DNA of 64,000 bases from Chrysomallon squamiferum (Eukaryota > Animalia > Mollusca): assembly GCA_012295275.1 (NCBI GenBank), contig CM022665.1, positions 42,346,001 to 42,410,000 on the forward strand, read 5' to 3'. The notes beneath the pieces were generated by a model. The model was not told the origin of the DNA and did not search any database. It worked only from the letters and a program-made list of their open reading frames with translations. Positions 1 through 12,986 of the stretch are shown one piece after another (positions within the stretch are counted from its first letter, which is position 1; every line of letters starts with the position of its first letter). A program made the translations under genes and the position numbers.

Positions 1-250
1 GTGTTATTTGGTTGGTGTGTTAGTGTATTAGAGTGTTATGACGTTAGTGTATTAGAGTGTTATGATGTTAGTGTGTTAGAGTATTTCGATGATACTCGTG
101 TGTTACTGGATTTTAATAATATTAGTTTTCATTATATTAGCGTATTATGATGTCAACGTTTTAATAATTATGATATTAGTGTATTAGTGTATTATGATAG
201 TGTTAGTGTGTTAGAGGATGTTGATGATATTAGTGTTAGTATGTTAGATG
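1..250. repeat. Degenerate low-complexity repeat (GTTAGTGTATTAGAGTGTTATGA-like)
   Basis: About 25-bp units decaying downstream. Confidence 0.7.
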
Positions 251-532
251 GGCAGATAGTATGACGTGATAGAAAGTCTTGCATTTTCCAGATTAAGTCT
301 AAGTAGCTGCTGATTGTGATCGTCACTGACGTGGATGATGCGGTGTCAACAGAGGATAGAGTAAATTAGAAGAAACCTGGACTCGTACATTTTCGTATAA
401 CGATAATCGGTCTTTGCATATCGATACTTAATCGATGATTACCTTGTCACTATCGATGCTGTAACGAAAACAAAAGATGTTTAAATTGGTGATTTCGTCT
501 TCCTTTCCTCTTTCGTAATCATTATCGTTATG

Positions 533-613
<81 letters not shown>

Positions 614-963
614 GATCTGTTAAAGTGTATTTATTGACTGCATGATTTTGTTTGTATGTATTCATCAAAACATGATATTGCACAGACACAAAACAAATAT
701 TCGTTTGAAAGCACTCTATTAATCTTTGCTAATTAAATCCAACGAGTCAAATGGATAATGAATATTAATAAGTATGCTAAACAGGAGCATTCCATTTCTG
801 CTAATCAACGTGCGAGACTTTAAGCATGTCGCGAAGCTGATTGGCTGAAAAGAAATAGTCATAGTCACGTGTTTCAGTAATTTTATTTCATTTAGGTGCA
901 GAAATTTCCGATGAAGTCACACTTTATGTCATCATGTAGTGATTTTTAAAAATTACTTACATT

Positions 964-968
964 TCTCT

Positions 969-1063
<95 letters not shown>
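964..1063. repeat. (CT)n microsatellite
   Basis: Seen directly. Confidence 0.98.
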
Positions 1064-1066
<3 letters not shown>

Positions 1067-1421
1067 GTAACTTTAACGAGAGTATGTGAAGGAAAACAAA
1101 CACATAAATAAATAAATAAAACTTCAAATATCAACACTTAATTAAAGATGTCATTTAACCGCACTGCACTTCAAGGACACGACATTGTTCAATTAGTTTA
1201 GCCTATTCAATCTGACAAGACGATACCGAAACTGAAATTTTGTTAGATTTGCTTGCTCGGTTTAAATAGACTTTATTTTTGAAGATGACATTTTAAATTA
1301 CTGCAGTGACAAGAAATAGCTTTCAACGTATTCTGCGAGTTTCGTATGTTGTAAAAGTTTTCTATCTGAAATCAGGATCTTCCTCTTTTCAGATGCACAC
1401 ACACACGCACATATGTGCGTG

Positions 1422-1463
<42 letters not shown>

Positions 1464-1970
1464 GTATTTTTGTATGTATGCAAGTATGTGTGTTTAGACA
1501 GATATAAATGCAGGTAAAGATATACATACATACATATACACACACATAAATATTTTCATAAATACTCACACGCAAACATATAAACGAATGCACTCGCACG
1601 CATCCGCACAAACTGATGTAAAGATATAAAAAGTGACAATATCGGTGCAAACTGGTAGCAGTTCACAGTGTGGGGTAACTTACTTTTCCGATAGTAAAAC
1701 AGGCAGCAGATGCACTAAGTTATGAATTACTGCGTAGTTCATTAACTAAACTTTACTATCAACTGCATCAAACGTGCACTGAGCTGATATTTAGAAATAC
1801 GAGCAAGAGTCAACAAGTAATATTGCACACAGTGTTTTTATACGTTACCTTACTTTCATCTGAAGTAAATTAAATAAGTTTTTCAGATGTATGTATTGTT
1901 GCCCATACATGCGTACATACATCCATCCACCCGTCAATGAATGCACAGATTCAATCATGCACGCATACGT

Positions 1971-2003
<33 letters not shown>

Positions 2004-2065
2004 TACAGAGAGAAGTAGACGTACAGACTTACATACATATTTTGTTTTTTTTTTTTTATTATAAC

Positions 2066-2137
<72 letters not shown>

Positions 2138-2861
2138 TATTTGTTTGTTTTTTTTGTTTTTTATTATTATTTTTATTGGTATTTTTTTCTTCTTTTCTTT
2201 GTCCTGTAAGTTGCGAATTTCTCTACATTTTCAAAAGTTTTTGGCTATTTTGAATTCTTAATTTAATTTTTTTTAATATTAAATTAAAGTAAATTATATG
2301 ATATTATATTATATTGTATTGAATTGTATTGTATTGAATTTTACTATTATTATATTATATTTATTGAATTGTATTGTATTTTACTATATTATATTATATT
2401 TATATTATATTTATATTATATTATATCATATATCATATCATATATCTCATATAATATCATATCATATCATATCATATCATATTATTATTATTATTATTAT
2501 TTTTTTTTTTTTTTTTTTTTTTTGCGCTCATTTCTTTGAACATTCATAAATATACAAAATTGTGGCTTAGGGCCATCTTTAAGCCGTCTTGCATGACATA
2601 AGTGGTACAAATATTACTCAACGACAGAATCGAGCCCAATTTGCAGTGAATAATTATGTGATGCCAGGTTGAGGTAAAAAACGACAAAAACACTCGATGT
2701 ATTAAATATTGATGGACTTAGTGCTACGCCCTGATGTAGTCGAGAAATCTGACATATGGCTATCAGTACACAGCGCGTGTTTTCATACAGCGCGTGTTTC
2801 TAACGCCAGGCTAAATTATTATCAACCTCGGTTATGTAAAACGTTTGTGAGAATTGTTAGA

Positions 2862-2882
2862 TCAAAAGTAATAATAATAATA

Positions 2883-2957
<75 letters not shown>

Positions 2958-3168
2958 AATAAATAAATAAATAAATAAATAATAAATAAATAAATAAATA
3001 ATAAATAAATAAATAATAATAATAATAAAACGATGAAAAGAAAAGTAATTATACTGCATATGTTCTCAGAAACATAATAAAAAAAGAAAAAGTAAAAATT
3101 ATAATGAAATGAAATAAAACTAAATAAATAATTGTAAAAGATTAAAAAAGAAACAAGTCTTCGATATG

Positions 3169-3227
<59 letters not shown>

Positions 3228-3340
3228 AAGAAGAATAAGAAGAAGAAGAAGAAGAAGAATAAGAATAAGAAGAAGAATAATAATAAGAAGAAGAAGAAGA
3301 AGAATAGGAAGAAGAAGAAGAAGAACAACAACAACAACAA
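2862..3340. repeat. Compound microsatellite region (AAT)n, (AAAT)n, (AAG)n, (AAC)n
   Basis: Seen directly. Confidence 0.95.
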
Positions 3341-3623
3341 TGACGAAACAAAAGACAAATGAAAAACGCAGGTTATAAATAAATAAATAAATATTTATGT
3401 GTGTAGATGTAAGTATCTGTGTCTTTCCATTTGTGTCATGTGTGTATTTGTGTTTAATAATTAATTAAATAATTAATTAAAATAAAGGAGTCCTCCTCTT
3501 TACCCCAACATTAATGTTGTATGTATGTATGTATGTATGTATGTATGTATGTATGTATGTATTTGGTACTTGTAGAATTTATAACAGTATTTCTATTTTT
3601 TAGTCAAGACTTCTTACATTTAG

Positions 3624-3656
<33 letters not shown>

Positions 3657-3976
3657 TAATAATAAATAAATAAACAAATATAAAACATGCCTCTTACGGG
3701 TATATTATTCGTTTTTAAAATATAAAAAAGTTATTAAAATAAAAACAAAAAAATTTAAATAATAATAAAGAAAAAACAAACGAATAATTAAATAAATAAA
3801 TATTATTTGACGTTTTCTATAATTTTGTCTTAGATCTGTAAGTACGTCTAATATTAATCTTTACACAGTGATACGATTTGGCTATTATACTCCAACTTTA
3901 TATCATTCAAGTTTTTAAATTTAATTTTATTTAATTTAATTTAATTTTATTTTAACTAATTAATTTATTTATTTAT

Positions 3977-4034
<58 letters not shown>

Positions 4035-4069
4035 TTATTTTTAAATGGCGTATAAATCCAGATTCAAAT

Positions 4070-4830
4070 GACCGTTTTGATTCTACGTTCTAAACACTTT
4101 CAGTCAAAAAGGTGTCGCAGACGCGTTGTATGAAGTTCAAGGTCGTCCAACATCAAATCAATTTTATTTGTTTTTAATTCACGAAAATTGTTCGACGTCT
4201 TCCATGAAATACTTCAAAAGAAATCTTCTTCTTTCGTCTGTTTGTTCATGGAAGGATTTAAAAAATAAAAAAAATAAAAAATACCAGACGGGGTTTTCTA
4301 AGTCCAAAGACTCCGCCCCGTAAACTTCGCTCGCACCGATTTGACTTATTTCCGGTACCCTAGACACACTGCGACTCATTAATTGAAATATAATACATCT
4401 GTTGACAAGCGCTTCGCGGCTATCTTTTAAACGGAGACCCAAAAATCAGGGGGTAAAAAAAAACTTTTGCACCGGTTGAATACGCACGGATTACTAAGAA
4501 TTAAAAGACGCGAAAATGTTTTCCGATCTGGCGAATTTGAAGCTGAGAAGAAAATGTTCTGAAGTCGGCATCACGGTTGTTATTTTAACTAATACAACTG
4601 GGTGGGTCGAAAGCTCCAGGGGCGGCGAGGTATGGTGAAGAATTTACTTGGGTGCGCGTCAACTGTAAAATGGCGTTACGTCAGTCCGGGTGTGTTTATA
4701 TAATAAAGTTAGTTACGCCACTTTTTCGCGCATCTCAGTACACAAACACAAAAACGAAAGCGAGACACGTCGCATGCTGCAGGTCTCTGTATCAAAGGAA
4801 CTTTAAATGAAGAAAACGACAGCATTGAAA
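4070..4830. promoter_or_regulatory. Upstream CpG-rich island (distal promoter or enhancer candidate)
   Basis: CpG-rich block between AT microsatellites. Contains GC box CTCCGCCCC (~4310), E2F-like CGCGAAAA (~4509) and TTTTCGCGC (~4723), YY1-like AAAATGGCG (4667-4675), CRE-like TTACGTCA (4676-4683) and TATATAA (4697-4703). Confidence 0.45.
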
Positions 4831-4955
4831 GTATCTTTTTTTTCTTTTTTTTTGTTATTGACGATAACAAAACACCCATCTAAAAAAATTAAAATTAAAA
4901 AAGAGGTCTCGGAGACAAGCAATACATTTTTGAACTGATATTAATAAATAAAAAA

Positions 4956-4989
<34 letters not shown>

Positions 4990-5182
4990 AAAAGCTGGGG
5001 AAAAATAGAGAAAAAAAATAGAAAAAAAAGGAAGAAAAAAGGAAAAGTTAACTATGTGAATACAATATTAAAGTTAATGAAGTTACTAAATGCCTAACAT
5101 ATATATAGATAGATAGATAGATATTATTATTATTATTATTATATATTATTATTATATTATAATCTATTTATATGTCATTTTA

Positions 5183-5246
<64 letters not shown>

Positions 5247-5419
5247 TTTTACTTTTTTATTATGATTCTTTTTTAATTTGTTAGGAATATGTTTATACTG
5301 TCTACAGTAGATATTGTCACCAATAATAATAAAAGAAAATATTTAAAAAGTTTCAGTAATCATCAACAAAATAATAAAAACAATAAATAAATAACGAAAC
5401 AACTAAATAAATAAACAAC

Positions 5420-5450
<31 letters not shown>

Positions 5451-5866
5451 GATTACAGTTGTTGGTTATTTTATCGCTTCTTCCCCCCGTCCAATGACTT
5501 AAAGTAATGTAAAAGTCGTGAATCACATTATCATAATTTATGTACGTGCGGTGTTAATAACATAACGTTCTAAATATAACTTAAATTCCGGGTTAAGCCG
5601 AAAGATAATTTTTAATGCGCTGAAGATATAATCGTTTTGATTATCTTAAAAGCATTTTGTCCTTGTTATATGCGGTCGGATTAATAAAATGTAACTATAG
5701 CATATCCCTGAAGGATATGTGACTGTAGAAGATAAAACATCTAAGCTAATTTCCGCTCCCCCCACAAATTTAGCCTAACAGAGTTGTCATTGCTAAAGCA
5801 TATTTTTGTAAATAAAATTAATGACGATTTATTTTTAAAATTCTGTTCTTCTTCTTTTTCTTCTTG

Positions 5867-5954
<88 letters not shown>

Positions 5955-6147
5955 GTTAATTGTTTAATGTATGTACGTGTATGTGTAGTTTCATGTAAGT
6001 TTAACAAAGAATTGCTACACACGTTGCTACACACATTCATACACTTTTTATCATCTTTTATACCACTTAATAAAATGCAGGTAATTTCATTACGAAATTA
6101 ATATATCCAGTTTTTGTTTTGTTTTTTACTTCTTTTTTTTTTTACAA

Positions 6148-6204
<57 letters not shown>

Positions 6205-6249
6205 AGCCCGCAAATTAAAATAAAGAATCAAAAAAAGTATTTTACCGTC

Positions 6250-7511
6250 AGCTAATGCCATGACGCGTAAATATTTATTTTAGAATTGTTACGCTTTGAA
6301 TGTTACTAAGTGTTACGTCAGACGTGTTTGATCGGTTCCTGTAATTAACAGTTCATCAGCACTACTTTGGCGCGTCTGCTTAGCACGAGCAACTAGAGTC
6401 GCACCACTGACCCAGTTTGTTAGCCAGGTCGAAAAATCGCATACATTACACACCGAGAGAGCGCATGAGGTCAGTGGCCCAAGTTGAGGACACGACCTGC
6501 TTGCACATGGTCAGTTTATCAACACGACCTACTCCGCATTACCGCCGAGCACTCTCGTTCAATATTTCCAAACACAGCAAAGCCAGCAATGCACTCAAAA
6601 TAGACCAGACATTTATGTCAATAGTCGCATAACCGTCACTACAAACATCTATAAAATAATTCGATACCTGGACATGTCTGCTTTATTATACAAATAAACA
6701 GCTAACACCTGTGTCACGTCGAATGTTATATTAAAATTAGCCGCATGGAAACGAGATACTTCAGAGAAACCGACAGCATATTACTTATTTATTTGTTGTT
6801 ATATTTTCCGGCAACTTCCTTTCGCTCGTTTGTTAGACAACTGTTACACGTAATCATGATGTCCATAAAACCTTCCACCCCTGGATCACAAATGGATCGC
6901 ACCGCGGCCGGGTCAGCCAACTGCAGCGCATTCGGGTCCATCACGCTTCACTTGACCATAAGACTTTTGGGCGTGCATACTGACGTTATGTTAGCGCGCT
7001 ACATAGGAATATACTGTCAGCAGCTATTGGACTGATAAATTCAATATGAGGGCGGCCAAGCCTCGGCCTGTCAGGCGATAAAACAGACCTTACGAGGGAC
7101 AGAGTCTCAAAGTGAGAAATAGCCAATCGTGTATTCTCTATGAGTTGGCCACTTGCGTCCAAACATAACAGTTAGACGTAATAGTTTGACAGTTCGTGCT
7201 CCGAAATTGACCAACTTGTAAGTGCTCAACTCGACAGCGTTAAGCCGCGACGGCTATTGTGACTGTTATCAGTGCAGCGGACAGTGGTCAGTTGGTCAGT
7301 TTAGGAGGGTGTGACCTTAAGTAACCTTTGGTGGCGGGCAGACGATCGTGACCTGACGGAAGGACGGAAGGAAAAAGCCAGACACGGACGAAAGAGACAG
7401 GTGCGGGAAAGTGTTTTCCCATGATTCCGCTGTGAAACCGCCATCTTTGTTGATATTCTTTGTCCAGATGTAGCCTCGGAAGTTCAGGATTTTAATGTAT
7501 AGGTCGGTACG
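6250..7511 (+). promoter_or_regulatory. CpG-rich promoter / 5' leader of BCL11
   Basis: Non-repetitive, CpG-rich island directly upstream of the ATG. Contains GC box GGGCGG (7050-7055), CCAAT box AGCCAATC (7121-7128), Inr-like TCAGTT (7288, 7296) and YY1-type CGCCATCTT (7439-7447). The TSS is not determinable from sequence. Confidence 0.7.
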
Positions 7512-7563
7512 ATGTCACGCCGAAAACAAGGCCGCCCACAACAACGGAAAACCATTGATTCTT
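7512..7563 (+). CDS. BCL11: BCL11-family zinc-finger transcription factor, coding exon 1 (MSRRKQGRPQQRKTIDS + 1 nt)
   Basis: ATG at 7512 with A at -3. It encodes MSRRKQxRPQ, the N-terminal NuRD/RBBP4-binding motif shared by BCL11, FOG and SALL proteins. It ends at a perfect donor CTT|GTAAGT (GT 7564-7565), phase 1, which joins in frame to the exon at 58893. Not in the ORF track because it is too short. Confidence 0.93.
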
Positions 7564-8060
7564 GTAAGTAGCTTTTTATTGTTTATTTACCTCTATTTTA
7601 TTCGACTTTTCGGTTGTCATGGAGTGACAGTGGGGAATGGACGTACAGGGGCTGCCCTAAATGGTCAGATGAGGACCTCCGTAACTATCTGTTCTCTTTG
7701 TTGTTACATCACGAATACGTAGAATTTCGCACGCTTGGCGTCAAGTTGAGAAGTGCGCGGATCCCGTAAAACGCGGAAAATATCGTAACAGTGAATATTA
7801 ACACTTTAATATATAAATGCACATAATATTGGAAAAGTATTAAATTACTCTGCATTATTTTCGGTAGAAAAAACTTTAATTCAAAAGAAAAAAAAATGAA
7901 GAAAAATAGTTTTATAAACTTCGCTCTCTTTTTTTTTTTTTAAAATAATATTAATATTTTTTTTATTTATTTTTTTAATTTCTAAACTGAATATTTATTG
8001 CCATTAGTATTTACGGTTTTATATTTGATATACATTGCTGAAGCAATAAATAAATAGAGA

Positions 8061-8112
<52 letters not shown>

Positions 8113-8851
8113 TTTTTTAATGTACAAAATAGCATTTAATTAAATATATTGCTTTCAAAATTAATAACTGATTTATTTATATTTATTCCTCCTACTTGTT
8201 TCTTTTTCTTTCTTTTTTTTATTTAAATAATTATGTTTAATCAAATAAATAAATAATTTGTGGGTTGTACCAGTTTAGCATTAAATCCTTGAATAAACTT
8301 TTTAAAAAGATTAATTTTCCACAAGTCCAGTAAATCTGTTAATGATTTCAGAAGCAATTTTAAATGTTTACTTAGTTTCAAGATGAACTTAGAGCAAAGG
8401 TTGTTAAAAAAAAAAAAAATTAAATAAAAAATTAAAAAGGAAGAAAAAATAAAAATAAATCAAAACAGGATGTAAAATGTTTTTAATTTTATATATTTCT
8501 TTGTTAAATGACAGATATAATTGTTTTATTTATCTATTTACTTTAAACATTTTTTTTAACTATTTGATATATTTTCAAATAGTTTTTGTTTGTTTTTTAG
8601 TACTCATAAAGGTTCAAACATTATATAATTTTAACAGTTATATAACCACTGCATTGACACATTTTAGTATCTGAATACCATGATATAGCTATGTTTAGAA
8701 AGACAACTAATATCTTTATATATATAAAATGGTGTAAAAATAAAATTATTTAAAATACAACAAATATATACACTTTAATTACTGTTATAAAAACTATAAT
8801 TTCTGATATTTTTGAATTATTATTATTATTGTTGTTGTTGTTATTATTATG

Positions 8852-8893
<42 letters not shown>

Positions 8894-9201
8894 TTTATTT
8901 TTATTATTATTACAAACAGTTTCTTAAATATTTCAAGAAAATATATTTTATTATTTACGTGATAATAGTACGGTGTTATTTGAAGCAAATAAATATTGTG
9001 TGGTAAATCTTTGACAGTAGGGGGGAGGTGACATGTGGGGTGGAGAGTTTATATTCCACAGAATCAATTTTATGCTAAAAACAATTATGTCTTTCGTTGA
9101 AAGAAATTACATTTATAGCCTTAACCATAAAATATAAATAAATATATAAAATAAAATTAAAAAAAAATTAGAAAACAAAAAAAATAATAATGAAATAAAA
9201 A

Positions 9202-9237
<36 letters not shown>

Positions 9238-10646
9238 GCAAACAAAAGTAATTAAAAAATAATTTTAAATTAAATTAATTTAACAAATAAAAATAAAAAC
9301 CAACATACACAATATTAATATATTAAATAATAATAATAAATATAATAATAATAATAATAGTATACCAGTTCAGTTCTGCTTAATATTAATTTAATTTCTG
9401 GGATTAAAATAAATAAGACCTCCTCCTCCTCTTTACCCTGGCATTAATAAATGTCTCCTCTCCATGTAAGGAAAGTATATAACATAACGCACAGGATCTC
9501 AATATTGCCCATATCTGATTGCTTGAACCAATGATTATGGGTATCAATATGTTCACTGACATTAATATTAGCTGGGGCATACATTTACACATTGACAGTG
9601 CTACGAATATCCTTACTGGATGATTGTTATTACATGATAATCGTGCCTACGACAAACGTGCTTGAGCCCCAGTATTTGGATACAGGGCAAGTTTATTAAA
9701 GCTGGCATTGGCACCAGTGTCTGCCTGCTTTCCAGTCCTGGTGGGTTTTACTGGTGGAGTCAATTAGTATTAGACTGTGTTTGCCTTATTTGTGTGCGCC
9801 ACTTAGCATAACAGGCCACACCCACCAGCAGAGTAGTAGTAGTAGCTTCCCGAAGACGTGTGTTGTTTATTGGGAGTAAACATCGGGATGGCTTTCTGTT
9901 GATCCGCTGCTTCGCGAGAACCTGAGTCTCGGTTCTCACTTTGTAATAATGTTATCTGACGATTTGCCACTTTTCTCATGCAGACATCACAAGTTAGTTC
10001 TGTCTTTTTTATTTCCTGGTTTTTATATCCATGTTTTGTCTGTAAAAAAAAAAAAATAATAATAAAAAAAATAAAAACCAACAACAAACAAACCCCCCAA
10101 AAATATTTAATAATAACAGTAATGATAATGATAATGATAATAATAAGATAATGATAACAAAATTGATACTTATACTGATAATGATAATAATGGTGGTTTA
10201 TTTGTTGTCTTTATATATCCATATAGTTTTCTACATTTGTTTAATTTTAATTTTTGTATTTAAAATTTTACAGTTAAGTATATATGTGTGTGTGTGTGTG
10301 TGTGTCTCGTAATTTAAGCGTTTTGGATTTAAATATTTTTTTATTAAAATTGTATTTAAATCATAACTATAAATGCCATATGGTGGTTTATATATTTCTA
10401 AAAACAAATATAAAAATTTATTTTAGTGTATATACATGGGTAATATTTGGCGTGCTGTAAAGTCAGAATAGTTGAAGCATGTTTGTAGTGGACTTAATTT
10501 CTTTGTCATTTCTGATTTCATAAATGTATTAAGCAATATTTAAAATACTACGTTTAACTACGTGATGTCGATCAGTCTTTTAAAAACACAAATCTGTTAA
10601 TAAAATGTCCCAACAAGCTGGTCATGGACAACTGCCTATGGCTTTC

Positions 10647-10702
<56 letters not shown>

Positions 10703-11259
10703 ACTACTCATTATGTATGTTAGACAAAAATTACTTTAAAATATCAGAGTTATTTGTTTTGTTTTTATTGTGGTGTTGTTTTTGTTATTTATTTATTTTT
10801 TTTAAATTTTGTATTATTATTTAATCTGTTTTAAATTCAGTTTCTTCAACTGCTGTCTGTTCAACAGCTGATAAGCATACATTTTATTTATTTCTTACCT
10901 GTATGACGCAGGTTGACACACATACCTGCCCAGGTGTGATATATACAGTCAACTCAGACTTGACTGCTTTATTTTGGTCTCTTAAGCAAGTGACTTTCAC
11001 AAACTCAGTTTTAATTTACGCAGTATCTATTTGTTTTTAAAATTAATGTAGAGGATTGTTTTAAAAAGTTCTGAATTTTGATATAAAAAATTAATTTAAA
11101 AAAAAAAAAAAAAAAATTTTATTATTTTTTTATTTTGTGATTTTTTTTTTTATGATTTTTACTACTACTACTACTACTATGTTACTAATTATTATTATTA
11201 TATCTTATAATAATAATAAATAAAAAAAATAAAAAAAATAAAAAATAATAATAATAATA

Positions 11260-11292
<33 letters not shown>

Positions 11293-11580
11293 GTTATTAT
11301 TATTATTGCTTTGATTGATTAACAAAGAATACTTTTATGTTTTAAACTATTTTATATCCTAATTAAACTTCTACCCTTCATTTTCAGTTATATTTTTAAA
11401 AAACCTGTTATAAAAGTTATAAATTATAATATTAAATTATGACAGTTTTGTGTTTTTAGCCCAACTCAAACATATATTTTTTTGTTGTATTTTAAGAAAT
11501 ACATATATTTTATTTTTTGTATTTTTTAAATGAAATAAAATAAATGGAGGGAAAAACAAATTAAAATTAGAAAAAAATAA

Positions 11581-11620
<40 letters not shown>

Positions 11621-12936
11621 TAATGATAAATAAACACATAATAAAATATATATAAAAAAATAATAATAATAAATTATTCATTTATATTTTATTTTGTTTA
11701 ATTTTTTTATTTTCTTGTTATATGAAATATGAATATTTTTAGCCTTCTAATTCTTATTATTAATTACCAAATAATCACTAAAGCAAAAATAAACAAGCAG
11801 ATAAATAAATCAGTGTAAATTAACTTTAAAATAAAGATAACAGGAGTCTTTCTTTATTCTTTATTTGTTAATTTTTGAATGTTTTGAACAAATTAAAATC
11901 ATCTTCTCAGTCTGCCTTTCAAAATAAACTCCTTGCATCAGATATTCTGAAATAAAATGAGCTTACAGTGTTTTGTTACAGAAGTTGTTACAAATAACTC
12001 GACATGGCTACAATTCAGCATCGTTCAAATAGGTTTTGCTTATTAAATTTAGCTAAATAAAACTCACTGTTATTGTGGTGTCAAATACCAGTTTACTTCT
12101 TTTTCCCTTTTCTTTACTTGACTCTTTCTGATTGTCTTTTTCATGGAGAGAAATAAACAGTAGATATTTATGATGAGTAAGGTAACAAATTGTGGGTTAC
12201 TGGGTTTTTTAACTTGCTGATTTGATAAATTTGTTTCATGCAATATGATGAAGTGGTTAATCTAGATCATGACACAGGAGCAGAAAAAGAGAAAAGATAT
12301 TTATATATATCCATGTCTGATAAGAGCAATAATAATTCATATTTTAAGATGTTGTTGTTACTGTCAAAATGTCATGAGACTTTTTGGTTTTGAAAAAGCA
12401 GTGAGTTTTATAAATTTTTCTCATCAAAATAGAGAATGGGTAATTTGTACCCTCAAATTCAGTGTCACGTAAGGATTGCACCCATGAATGTGATTAAGTT
12501 TGAGGAGTAATGATTTTCAAATTAAATGTTGTAAAAAGCTAATAAATATACTAATTTAATTAAAATGATAGTTGTTTTCAAGGTTGCATGTTGGTTGTGA
12601 TGATGTTTCATTCAAGCCAGTATGAACAGAATTACAAAACAACAAAATTCCAAGTTACCATGATAAAGATCTTAATGGTTAGTGAACTGCTAGCTGATTG
12701 GCTCAGTGTAAAGATAATCAACCAATGATGTTCCAGTTTATAAAAAGTATTTGTTTAAAAAGGGGGCAAGTTGTTTACCACCCATTAGACTAAGTTGATG
12801 GGGGTTTATGGGATGATAGTGTTTTGTTAACATTGATGCCAAATTTGTTTTCATTTCTCTATCAGTCTCTGTTTACATCTCTCTCTCTCTGCTCCTGTCT
12901 CCTTCTTCTTCTCTCTGTCTCTCTATCCCTCTAGAT

Positions 12937-12986
<50 letters not shown>

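Noticed and set aside
7512-7563. Assignment of the MSRRKQ exon to SALL, FOG/ZFPM or ZNF423/521 instead of BCL11
   Set aside because: The phase-compatible downstream exon carries the BCL11-specific DLLxCGxC...DIxxFIxHK C2HC finger.
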